Assembly: GCA_036867785.1 (NCBI GenBank) | Contig: CP145409.1 | Location: forward strand, 1,922,001-1,986,000 | Direction: 5' to 3' | Origin: Plasmodiophora brassicae | Lineage: Eukaryota | Length of the DNA stretch: 64,000 bases | Shown: positions 12,855 to 23,744 of the stretch, piece by piece | Layout of the letters: each line of letters begins with the position of its first letter | Position numbering within the stretch: position 1 is the stretch's first letter | Position numbers and translations under genes: made by a program | The notes under the pieces: model-generated | What the model saw: the letters and a program-made list of their open reading frames with translations, nothing else | Database searches by the model: none | Told to the model about the DNA's origin: nothing

Positions 12855-15734
12855 ATGATGCGGTTCGTGGTCGGTCGCGCGTGGGCGAGCACGGCCGCGG
12901 AAGCCGGCCGCCTGACCGTCCCGCATTGCCGATCGATACTGCAGGACGTGGTGAAGGCCGGGCGGTACGTGTCCGACGATCTCCGGGCGGCCCTGCACGC
13001 CGTCACCGATCAGCTGCCAGGACTCCTCAAAGCCGATGCCGATCATCCTGGCAGGAAACATTTGCCGAACATCGCTCTACTGATTGCGAAACTCTCCGGT
13101 GGCAGAATCTGTCGGTCGTATACTCCCCGATTGCGTCTGCGTGCCACTGAACGTTGACCGGATGTAGATCGGGAACAGTCTCAACGCTTGCTGAAGGACA
13201 TAAGCGATTGCATCGGAAGCAATCTGAGGCCATTAAACGGCAAGGACCTATCGAACCTGTTCTTGGCGTTTGCCAAATCGGGGTTCTACGACCGCGACGT
13301 GTTCGACCGGATCCTTCACCGGGCGCTGGAGTCCAGCCAGTTCCTCGATGAACGCGCCATCTCCGATGCCATTTACGCTGTTGCGCGATCTGGCTTCCAG
13401 GACGATCGCCTGAACAGCGCTGTTACGCAGCTGGCCCTCGAAGGGTTGCCAAAGTTCCAGACCAGGTGTCTTTCGAACGTGGCATGGGCTTTGGCCACTC
13501 TGGGCATTCGAGACGTTAACCTGTTCAGCCACATCGCGGAACGATTCGTTCTGATCCTGGATGAATGCGACTCCCAGAGCGCGGCGTTGACGGCTTGGGC
13601 GTTCGCCAGCGTTAACATCAGGCATAACGCGCTGCTGGCTGCCATCGCCCATCGTACAATGACCAATATGAACGCATACGACACGCGAAGCATCAGCATG
13701 ATTGCTTGGGCGTTTGCGACCCTCGGTGTCCGACATGCCGATCTGTTCAAGGCGATCGAGGTGAGAGTCCTGACAGGCATCTCCTTGTTTAACGCCCAGA
13801 ACGTGTCCAAAGTTGCATGGGCGTTCGCAAAGCTCGACCTCGTCCAGCGCGATCTGTTCGTCGTCGTTGCACAGCATGTCGTTCAGTTTATTCGCGAGTT
13901 CGCCCCGATGGACCTGGCGAATATCTCCTGGGCGTTCGCATCCAAGGGCACATATCATGTTGGGCTGTTCGCCGCAGTCGGCCAGCACGCCGTTCACACC
14001 ATCGATTCGTTCACATGTGGGACGCTGGGCATTCTGGCCAGTTCGTTCGCCAAGATCGGCGTGAAGAATGGCGTTCTGTTCCGGGAGATCGCGAGGCGTG
14101 CTGGCGACATTGCTGAGATCATGCCGGCACGAGACATTGCCAGCATCTCATGGGCGATGGCGGCAGTCAGCGATACCAATCGAACTCTGTTCCCGTTGCT
14201 CGCGGAAAGAGTGTCCTCTGCCATTGACGAGTTCAACGCGGTAGACCTGGCCATGACAGCATGGGCCTTCGCTACCAAGGACGAGTTAACGCACTGGAAT
14301 ATGTCTGCTGTCATTGCTCGTCGTGCGGCCGCTATTATGAACGACTTCAATGCGCAGGACATCAGCAACCTGACCTGGGCGTTCGCGAAGGCAGGCAGCA
14401 CACCAACACCGTCCCTCTTCAGAAAGGCAGGGCGTCGAGCAATAGCAATCATGGGCACGTTCAACGCGCAAAGCCTATCGATAACGGCATGGGCGTTTGC
14501 GACCTGCGGTATTCGTGACCAGGACCTAATCAGCGCGATCGCTAAGCACGCATTGGAGATCATGGACACTTTCGACGATCAGAACCTGGCGAACCTCGTC
14601 TGGGCGCTGACCAAGCTGGAGATTCATGATAACAACCTGTTCCAGGCGATCGCGAAACGTTCCATTGCCGTCATGGGGACCTTCACTGCACAAGGCGTTG
14701 CCAGCCTGGCGTCGTCATTTGCAACGATGGACGTGTTCGACGAGGACTTGTTCACCGCGATCTCCCTGCATTCTATTGACGTCATGAATGGGTTCACATC
14801 GACGAGCCTCGGTAACCTGGTCGATGCGTTCACGAAGCTGGGCATCCAGAACAGGCACCTGCTGCGGGCCGCCGCCCAACAAGTGATCCCCAAGGTCGAA
14901 TCGTTCAAGGACATGGACCTGGCGCATCTCGTGTGGACGTTCGCCAAGAATCGGATGGCGGATAGGCGGCTGTTCCTGGCGGCCCGACAGCGTGTTCTGC
15001 AGAACGACGCACAAGGGTTTACGATCCCTACCCTGACCCATCTATCAGCCGCGTTCATCTTGACGAACGATGCAACGATTGACGACGGATACTTTGATAT
15101 CGTCATGAAGCGAGTGATGGGCGAGATGGACGCGGTCGATATCGATGCACTGACGACGGTGGCCTGGGCGTTTGCCGTCGCCGGGCACCCGGTTCCCGAT
15201 GAATTCGCACTCGCCGTCATCGACTGCGTCATGCGCGGTCTACCGTTCGCCGGCGAACAGCAGCTCCGACTGTCGGAATGGCATTCTTCGATTCGCGGGA
15301 CCGACCTGATCGGCCTCGTTCCTCGCCTGACCCTTGACAGGATTGCTGTTGCGAACGCATTCAACGCTCTATCGCGTCATCGACCACGCCGGCCGCCATC
15401 GTCGGCGTACGACGACGTGTGCAAGCGGATACGCGCCATGCAGACGAATTTCGTCGCGGATGTCCGATGCGAACGAACAGGATACTGGCTGGCGCTGGCT
15501 ATTCCCGAGCTGGACATCGGCGTGGAAGTCTTCGACGGTTCCCATTTCGTCGAAGATGTCGCGACCGGCGAGGTCTGCCTGGACGCGAACACGACCAGGA
15601 AGCAACGAACGCTGGAGCGGGCCGGCTGGAGTATGGTCTACGTCAACCTCCTCGAGTGGTCCAAGCTCGCATCCGAGGCGGACAGAGAGCTGTTCCTGCT
15701 GGCCTGCCTGACGAATAACTGCACAGCGCACTAA
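12855..15734 (+). CDS. RAP-domain protein with about 18 tandem 37-aa helical repeats (HPR/OPR/FASTK-like organellar RNA-binding protein)
   Basis: Repeats of the form F.AQ.LS..AWAFA.LG....LF..IA recur with about 37-aa spacing. The C-terminal RAP domain reads GYW...IGVEVFDGSHF...TTRKQRTLERAGWSMVYV...EW. N-terminal presequence-like MMRFVVGRAWAST. One probable intron at about 13110-13168. Confidence 0.88.
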
Positions 15735-16237
15735 CTGCAACAAGTGCAGCTCCGGCTCACTCGCTGACGTGGAGAACTGCAAGACATATTAGCTTCGTAG
15801 ACGTTGCGCCTACAATAGGCGACTCGTCATTTGTCTGGCGTCCTTGTCTCCTGCAACGACGGTCTTCCGGAATGTGACGATCCGTACGGTGGGCTGGCGA
15901 CGCGCGACGCCCACGCCGGGTGTTGCGATGGTTCGCCTCAGGTGGAGGGCGACACCGCGGGTTTACGTAAACGTCCATAGCGACGCGGGGTACGTTGTTG
16001 GAACGGTGCTGGGCACCGTTGAGGCCGGTTTCCTGTCCTAGCAAGCGGCAACTATGCCTGGGTGGCCCTGTGCTGGGAATGCGTCCAGTGCTGGGTCGCG
16101 ACAACGGCCACATCGACCACCGTCACCCACATACCACTTACCAGGACGGCTGCAAGCGGATTCGCGGCACGCAGACTGAACCCGACAGCGAGACCAGTTG
16201 GATCGCCTGATCACGAACAGCTGCAATCCTTTATTAC

Positions 16238-17656
16238 TCATTGACGGGCGTTCGGGTTGACCCATGGGTTGACTTGAATAGCAGCTGGATGCTGCAACGT
16301 GGCCGTCGGGCCAGGGGTCACGAAGCCCGCTTGCCGCATAATGTCACCTGACATCGTGTCCGGCACAGCCATCTGCATCGGCACGATATTCTCGGCAAAT
16401 TTCGCCCAGACGCGGCATCCCTTGTTTGAACTCTTGAACCGCGCCAGGGAGTTGACCTGCATGAGGGCCAACATCTGCTCCGCCGCCGCGTCGAACATGC
16501 TGGCGTGTACGTAGTCATCTTGGCCGGCGACGTCTGCTTCGACGAACACGCTCCGGAAGTGGCGGAACGATTCCCCAGGCAGGTTAATCTGTAGAGGCGC
16601 GTCGGGTGCCAGGAAGCCGTCGTAGATGGATCGGGCGGCGACTGCCCCGGTCCCCTTCGTGAACTCGCGCTTAAACTTGCGCGCCGCCGCCCAGAACAGC
16701 AACGATTCGACGGCGAATTCTGTCTGCAAGTGCGCCTTGAACGCTGCGAACCCCTCGAGCGTTTCCAGGAACTGTCTGAACGCGTTCAGGTTGCGCTCGA
16801 GTCTCGACATATGGGGTATTTCCGCCTCAGGCAACGCTTTGTAAGTGTCCAGCAGCGGGCGGCCCAACATCAACCACAGAGCGACATTGGAAGCGAGAAT
16901 CGCAATAATCGATGGAAGATCCAGCGTTGATACGGACGCATGGACCTCGCTTGCTGTCGTCAGCAGGGTCACCCCGACCAACCCCGACAGGCCCGCCAGA
17001 CCCGCCAGACCCACCTTCTTCAGCATGTCCACCGTCCCGAACGCGTCCGACACGCCACGTAGCAGGCCGGTGACGACAACGGCAACGAGCATGGTGACGA
17101 TGCAGCGAAAGAAGGCGATGTTGAGGAACATGGCGGCGGTCGGGTCGCGCTGGCCGTCAGAGTAGGGCATTTGCCACAGGTGCGGGTAATTCGAAAGGTA
17201 CACGACCTGGATGACGAACACAACCAGGACCTGGACAGCGACCCACAGCAGCGCGACTCGATCCTTCAGTACCCAGGTCGAGATTGTGATCCACCGACGG
17301 GTCGTGCGGGTCGCCGTTCCCGGCGAATCGCTGCCAACTTTGACCTGGATCGTTGTCCGGCGATAGGCGACGTACAGCGAGAAGCAGAAGAACGTGAACA
17401 TCTCCATGGCGGTTACGAGTAGGCATCCGGTGACGATCCCGTAGACCGCGACCGTGATCTGTTGGCGAACAATAGGGACAGCGCATGTCCAAAGGTCGAA
17501 CAGGACGATCATGCAGACGCTTGACATCAGCAGGGCCGGGCGCCGGCTGCGGATCGGCTCCAGATGCCGCCGGAACCACATTTGGGCTGAGGGGATCGTC
17601 CACAGGCAGTTCACCGCCAGAATGACGCTCCATATGCCAGCTGCCACCGAGCCCAT
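16238..17656 (-). CDS. 7TM-RGS protein (GPCR-like seven-transmembrane + regulator of G-protein signalling), paralogue 1
   Basis: Seven hydrophobic segments and RRHLEPIRSRRP after TM1. RGS box F..FL.T.EGF.AFKAHLQTEFAVESLLFW...IYDGFLAPDAPLQINL. Intronless; likely start MGSV at 17656. Confidence 0.9.
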   Translation of the reverse strand: MGSVAAGIWSVILAVNCLWTIPSAQMWFRRHLEPIRSRRPALLMSSVCMIVLFDLWTCAVPIVRQQITVAVYGIVTGCLLVTAMEMFTFFCFSLYVAYRRTTIQVKVGSDSPGTATRTTRRWITISTWVLKDRVALLWVAVQVLVVFVIQVVYLSNYPHLWQMPYSDGQRDPTAAMFLNIAFFRCIVTMLVAVVVTGLLRGVSDAFGTVDMLKKVGLAGLAGLSGLVGVTLLTTASEVHASVSTLDLPSIIAILASNVALWLMLGRPLLDTYKALPEAEIPHMSRLERNLNAFRQFLETLEGFAAFKAHLQTEFAVESLLFWAAARKFKREFTKGTGAVAARSIYDGFLAPDAPLQINLPGESFRHFRSVFVEADVAGQDDYVHASMFDAAAEQMLALMQVNSLARFKSSNKGCRVWAKFAENIVPMQMAVPDTMSGDIMRQAGFVTPGPTATLQHPAAIQVNPWVNPNARQ

Positions 17657-18536
17657 CTCGACCAAGCGCTTCGATATATAATCGCCGGGCGACTTGGGTC
17701 TCTCAAGCCAACCCAGGTACGGGTTGGTACGGTCGGCGCCGAGATTCAATCGGCTCTGATCGCACGGGCCTGCTTCAGCGCGTCTGAATTACCTAAACCG
17801 TCCAGAACGGGTTCGATACGCCGCGTAGCAATGGCGACAGCTGTAGACGATTCCCTGTCGCAGGCAGAGATACCAAGAATAGAATCAATGGAAAGGTAGC
17901 CCTACGATCAAGAAGACGTCCGTCGAGATGAAACATCTTGGAACAGGTAGAAGGAATCTGGAGGGACCGAGGTCTGGAACGAGGAGGCGTCGACGTTCTA
18001 GTAGTAACTCGACCTACACAGCAACGAGCATTGCGACCATGCAGAACTTGGAATCATCGAGCCGGGTGTCTGAACGACAAGAATAAACAGGTCCCCCGGG
18101 CAGAGAAACCCACAGTAGAGCGCGAACCCGGTCCTTCGGCGGCTGCATCGAGGCCGAGACCCGCGGTCGATCGGGCCATATCTATATTCTCCATTCCTTG
18201 TCCGGCTGCCCTGGCGAATCCCAGCGACCGTACATTTAATCCACAGAGCTGTCTGCAAGGTCCCGATCGATAATGGCTGGCCGGTCTACCTAGGCTTGTT
18301 CGCCCGAGGTACGTGCGCAACATCGTCGCGAGACAATCTGACAAGGCAAGTCGGCAACGGGGACCTCGCGCGACATCGCCGACGTTGCCGACGACGACGA
18401 CGCCGGCACGTCGTTGTTTGGCGTTCACATGCATCTGCGACAAATTGCGGTTCGCCCAGCCACGATGCTGCCATCGACAGCGACGACGTTTAGGACTGAA
18501 ATATGGAGACTGTATGCAACCAGCGGCGATTGCCGT

Positions 18537-19625
18537 TCACATATACCCTCCACAGCGCTCCAGCGCCGCCATAACCGACCCCTGCCTGGTGTTGAAAGCC
18601 AACGTGTAAGGCGTGAGCCCATTCCCGTCTCGCTTGTTGAGGTCGATCGAGACGCCACGGTTAACCTTCGCATCCAGCAGCACATCGACAATAGCGGCGT
18701 GCCCGTATTGCACGGCGTAATGTAGAGGCGTCCACAGGAGGGCGTCCTGCAAGTCGGCGACGATGCCGGGCCAGCCGACCAGCAGGTTGACCACGCCCAG
18801 ATGCCCATTCATTGCAGAGCAGTGTAGCAGCGTCCGGTTGCCGGTTCCGGCGTCGATATGGTCGTTGACGCCGACCCCGGGGAGATCGAGCAGCACCTCG
18901 AGGATGAATTCTTCGCCATGACCGGCGGCGTACTCCAGAACGTTTGCCCAGTTGAGGAACGGTTTCGCAATGATGCGGTCAGCGGTGCCTCTGACGACCA
19001 GGACACGACAAATGTCTCGTACGAGCTTTGTCAACTCCCGAATGCCGGTAGCCAACCAGTGAAGCCGGACAATGCCGGCGACGAAATGATAGGGCCGCTC
19101 TCGTTGGCGAATCGAAACCCAATAGTCGTCCGACGGCGCGGCCCCATAATATTCATCATTCCGCGAATGCCATGCGATCGACACGGTCAGGGCGCGGATC
19201 TTGATATAAGCGGCCATCTCCACCAGCTGCTCCATTGTATACCCAAACGTATCGATCATGTCGTTTACCCATTGGACTGCCCACGTAATCTGTGGTGGGA
19301 CCACCGGTCATCACCTGTGGACTGGAGCACGCAAGCCACTGCGCTGTCGTACCGTATACTGATCCAGTTTCCAGATGAAGCGGCAGATCTTGTCAAGCTG
19401 GCCCGTGGTGATATTCAGGCGAACGACGCCGTCGACGCTGAACTGCGGATCCGTGACGATGCGGTTTACCTCGTCCGAGTGCGAGGCCAGAGCTGTGATA
19501 TAATCGACGTCGCCGTGGACCTCACCACCGTCGCTGCAGACGATCAGCGTGGCAGCGCCGACTTCAAGGACGTAGAGAGCCATCAACACGCCCGCAACGA
19601 TGCGGGCGCGATTTCCGATGGGCAT
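18537..19625 (-). CDS. Secreted SKP1/BTB-like + ankyrin-repeat protein A (intron 19290-19352)
   Basis: Signal peptide MPIGNRARIVAGVLMALYVLEVGA. SKP1-like LIVCSDG...LASHSDEV...LVEMAAYIKIRAL. Ankyrin repeats TLLHCSAMNGH, WTPLHYAVQYGH, GLTPYTLA. Confidence 0.85.
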
Positions 19626-19974
19626 TGCAGCGGATCGGCCGGCCGGCGTACGACCTTCGGTACCCATTCTGGATGCAAACCGGGCTGGAGACGTCGGCGC
19701 AGACACAAGAGACAGGACGGCAAGCAGAGTGCAAAGTGCGCAGTTGGCGGGCCTGGCCCGGGGTCCACGGGGAGCGCGCCCCGCACCGCGAACCCAGGAA
19801 GGTAGGGGCACGCACGCACCATGGCAGCTGGTAGCACAACCGGGAGGCCGAGCACCCTGCCTGGACATGCCGCCGTCTCGTCCCGGGCAGCAGGACTCGT
19901 GTCGGGACACAGTACATCGTGGCCCGGCAACGAAACAACGGAGACTGTATTGGCAGCGTGACGATCGCTGCACC

Positions 19975-21081
19975 CTAAACCGCCACGTAGAGCGTGTCCA
20001 TCAGGGATGCAACGGCCGACTGACCATACGCCCTGGCCAACTGAAGCGGCGTACGCGCTTGATGGTCTTGCGGGCACCTATCGACCCTAGCGAGAGTCTG
20101 ACCTAGCAGCGCCTGGACGACGCCGGTATGCCCAGAGAACGCGGCCCAGTGCAACGGAGTCCATCCTTGGGAATCCTTCAAATTGGCATCGATCCCGGGG
20201 CGCTTCAGCAGCGCCACGACGAGGTCAGCCTGGTCTCCCACCGCGGCGAAGTGGAGTGCGGTCCAGGAGCCCGCTCCAAGGACAGCATTGATGCCGAACC
20301 CGGGGATGTCCAGCAGCACCTCGAGAATGAATTCTTCGCCATGATGAGCGGCCCACACCAGAACGTTTGCGCTGCCACAAAACGGGGTCTCGGCGATGAC
20401 CTTGGGGAACGAATCGGAGACCCTCACAACGATACGTTCAGATATCTCCAGAGCTAGCAGGGTGCACATCACGCGCTCAGAAATGTCGCGAAGCCGGACA
20501 ATGCCCGCAATGAAATGGTACGTCTGCGGGTGCGGACGGATCGCATCCCAACTCAACAGGGTCCGGGACCGGTACCACGAGTACGTAGAGCTGTCCGGAG
20601 CCATCGCCCAGGCGACAGCGACGGTGAGCGAGCGCATCCTGAAGTAGGCGGCGGTTTCAATGAAGTCCCCCAGCGTGTGCCCATTAGCGACCTTGTCCTG
20701 GATCCACTCGGTGGTACAAAGAACCTGTGGTGAGGACACTCTTCAGCCGCGCACAGGAGCATGCTACCGACGGCGCGGGCGTACCGAATATTCAAACAAC
20801 GACGGAAACGTGCTGACGAAGTCAATGGCGGTCTGTACCTGCACATTGTCGATTTCCAGGCTGACGTCGCGGGGCTGGGACCAGAACCTGGGGTCATATC
20901 CAACACGCTCCGCAATCGTCTCTGAATGGGCGATGAAAGATGCGATTTCGTGGACGTCGTGTCCATGGCCGTCGCTGGAAACGAGGCGTACAGCGTCAGC
21001 GCTTCCATCGTGGAGCCGGGCGGCAATCGCCACCACGATCAGCCAGAGCGCATTGGAACAGACGCGATTGCCGATGGACAT
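19975..21081 (-). CDS. Secreted SKP1/BTB-like + ankyrin-repeat protein B (intron 20725-20784)
   Basis: Signal peptide MSIGNRVCSNALWLIVVAIAA. VRLVSSDG...IAHSETIAERV...FIETAAYFRMRSL. Ankyrins WTALHFAA, WTPLHWAAFSGH, RTPLQLA. Confidence 0.87.
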
Positions 21082-21549
21082 TGGGGCGGATCGGGGGGCA
21101 GCAATTCGATTCTCGATGTGAACCTTCCGGGGGACGACGACGCCACAGACGCAGACTGCCGACCGCGGTTCGACGACGAGTGCGAAACGCAGTCCGACGA
21201 CGAACAGCGCCCCCCGTTCGCCAAGTCCGAACGGGAAGTCGCCGATCTGCTGGCGCAGGAGGCAGGCCTCAGCACCGGGGGGGAATGGCCAGGGACGTCG
21301 GCTCTGAATCGGTGGTCGTCGACGTCCCGGACGACAATGCAAGTGCCTGTATCTGTTCCTCCACATCCCCGTTGACGTCGACGATATGATATCGGCCACT
21401 GCCATTGGTCAGCACGCATGCTACTGCCATAGTGCACGTCCTTGTGGATCCCGGATGCCCTCCACGCCAGCCCTGCTCGGGCCTTCGTTGATTCTGGGGC
21501 ATCGACCCTATTCATGCGTCGAGCATTCGCCAGGCGTCATGGCGCGCCG

Positions 21550-21838
21550 GTGCTGCCACTACATCGCGCCATTGACCCACGATACCGTCCTGTTGGACCT
21601 GACCGTCGGCGGTATTCGTTTCCGATCGCATTTGTTCATCATCGAGGAAGCACAACATGGGCACCTCGTTCTCCCGCCAGATCAACCCGATCATAGGACG
21701 ATCTCGTTCATCGCGACCAGAGCTTAGGGATCCAAGTTGACGCACACAACGTCGTTGCTGCAGACGAGCGTGACAGCTTCGATCCTGCCAACGCAAAGAA
21801 GGACGACCATAAGACCATGGACCATGCCCGTTGACGAC
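21550..21838 (-). pseudogene. Degenerate relic of the SP-SKP1-like gene family
   Basis: Minus strand reads MSSTGMVHGLMVVLLCVGRIEAVTLVCSNDVVCVNLDP*ALVAMNEIVL* and later TVSWVNGAM*. These echo gene A (ATLIVCSDG; AVQWVNDMI) but carry in-frame stops. Confidence 0.5.
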
Positions 21839-22010
21839 ATCGTCCTGGCGGGTGATACCTTGGCCGTGCCCGCATGCCCAGTCGCCGGCCGTCAGTCATT
21901 CGGTGCAAATGTCACCAGCGACAGGAGGGCGCCGTCGTGTCGATACAGCACATCGGGGCCCGGCAACGAAACACTGGAGACTGTACTCAAAACTTGGCGA
22001 TCGCCTACCC

Positions 22011-23100
22011 CTAAACCGTGACCCCACGATTCTTCATCAGGGATTCGACGGCCGAGTGACCATACGTACTGGCCCACAGGAGCGGCGTATTCCCGTGTCT
22101 GTCTCGCGGGCTCGTATCGACTAAGGTGGAATTCTGGTCTAGCAGCGCCTGGACGACGCCGGTATGCCCACAGAACGCGGCGCAGTGCAACGGAGTCCAT
22201 CCTTGGGAATCCTTCAAATTGGCATCGATCCCGGGGCGCTTCAGCAGCGCCACGACAAGGTTAGCCTGGCCTCCCATCGCGGCGTAGTGAAGTGCGGTCC
22301 AGGAGCCCGTTCCAAGGACAGCATTGGTGCCGAACCCGGGGAGGTCCAGCAGCACCTCGAGAATGAGTACTTCGCCATGATGAGCGGCCCACACCAGAAC
22401 GTTTGTGCAGCCGCAAAACCGGGTCTCGGCGATGACTTTGATGTTCGCATCTGGGACTCTCACAACGATACGTTCAGAAATGCACAGAGCTAACTGGGTG
22501 AACCCGTGGTGGTCAGAAATGTCACGAAGCCGGGCAATGCCCGCAATGAAATGGTACGGGTACGGAAGAATCGCATCAAACGTCTTCGGGATCCGGAGGC
22601 GATACACGTCGTCCGGGGGCACCGCCCAGGCGACAGCAACGGTGAGCGAGCGCATCCTGAAGTCGGCGGCGGTTTCCATGAAGTGCTCCAGCCTCTGCCC
22701 ATTAGCGACCTTGTCCTGGATCCACTCGGTGGCGCCAATAATCTGTTGCAAGACGACGTGTCATCACCCGCGGGAAGGGGGCCATACGACTGGGATGTCG
22801 TACCGTATATTCGAACAACGTCGGGAACCTGCTGACGAAGTCAATGGCGGTCTGTACCTTCACATTGCCGATTTCCAGACTAACGTCGCGGAGCTGGGAC
22901 CAGATCGTGGGGTCATATCCGACACGCTCCGCAATCGTCTCCGAGTGGGCGATGAACGATGCGATATTGGAGACGTCGTATCCATGGCCGTCGCTGGAAA
23001 CGAGGCGTACAGCGTCAGCACTTCCATCGTGGAGACGGGCGGCAATCGCCACCACGATCAGCCAGAGCGCATTGGAACAGACGCGATTGCCGATGGACAT
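22011..23100 (-). CDS. Secreted SKP1/BTB-like + ankyrin-repeat protein C (intron 22743-22803)
   Basis: Close paralogue of gene B with identical signal peptide and same intron position. Ankyrins WTALHYAA, WTPLHCAAFCGH, NTPLLWAS. Confidence 0.87.
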
Positions 23101-23279
23101 TGGGGCGGATCGTGGGCAGCAATTCGATTCTCTTGCTGGGGACGGCGACGCCGCAAACGCAGACTGGATCGCGGTTCGACGAGTGCGAAGGTAGTCCGAC
23201 GACGAACTTCGCGCCCGTTCGCCAAGTCCGAAGGCCGACGGACAGGCGCGTCTTTCCGCGGCAGTCCAGTCGGACATCG

Positions 23280-23510
23280 CCAGCCCTCTGTAATGCAGAT
23301 GTCGTATAAGATACCGCCGTTGCATAGGAGCGGGACGTAGACAGCGCCGGCCCCACCAACGCAGAGCACCATCAACATGACCGCCCATGCCGCAGCGATG
23401 CGGGCGCGATTCCCGATGACCAACGGGAATGCCGGCCGGCAGATCCCCTGCAATGCCACTCATCCTGGATGCAAACCGCGCTGGAGACGTCGGCGCAGAC
23501 ACAGGCGACA
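23280..23510 (-). pseudogene. 5' fragment (upstream region + signal peptide) homologous to gene A
   Basis: 23398-23510 aligns to 19600-19712 (atgcgggcgcgatt.ccgatg...ctggatgcaaaccg.gctggagacgtcggcgcagacaca). It reads LVIGNRARIAAAWAVMLMVLCVGGAGAVYVPLLCNGG, lacks the homologous ATG, and has no ankyrin exon. Confidence 0.6.
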
Positions 23511-23744
23511 TCGTAATTCGTCTCGAGCGTCCAGGACGCGTTCGCCATTGGGACGCAGCGTGCCCTGAGCGTACAGGTTGACGGTGCCGACATTCACGTA
23601 GTTATTCGTCACGTGCTCGGGCACGTCTTATCGCATTAGTCGGCGAATCGCCGATGGTGTACGTAAACTCTCTTATTCATTAGGCGCTTCGCGTATACCC
23701 AATAACCGTACTTGCGATCCAGAGGATCTGTATAGGAGGTGGCG

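Larger units (their letters stand above)
19895..23235. repeat. Imperfect direct duplication of about 1.3 kb (about 19895-21255 and 21935-23235) carrying genes B and C plus flanks
   Basis: Long shared stretches, e.g. ggcccggcaacgaaac...ggagactgta in the 3' flanks and gcccagtgcaacggagtccatccttgggaatccttcaaattggcatcgatcccggggcgcttcagcagcgccacgac (one mismatch) in the coding region. 5' flanks share cgttcgccaagtccgaa. Confidence 0.85.
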
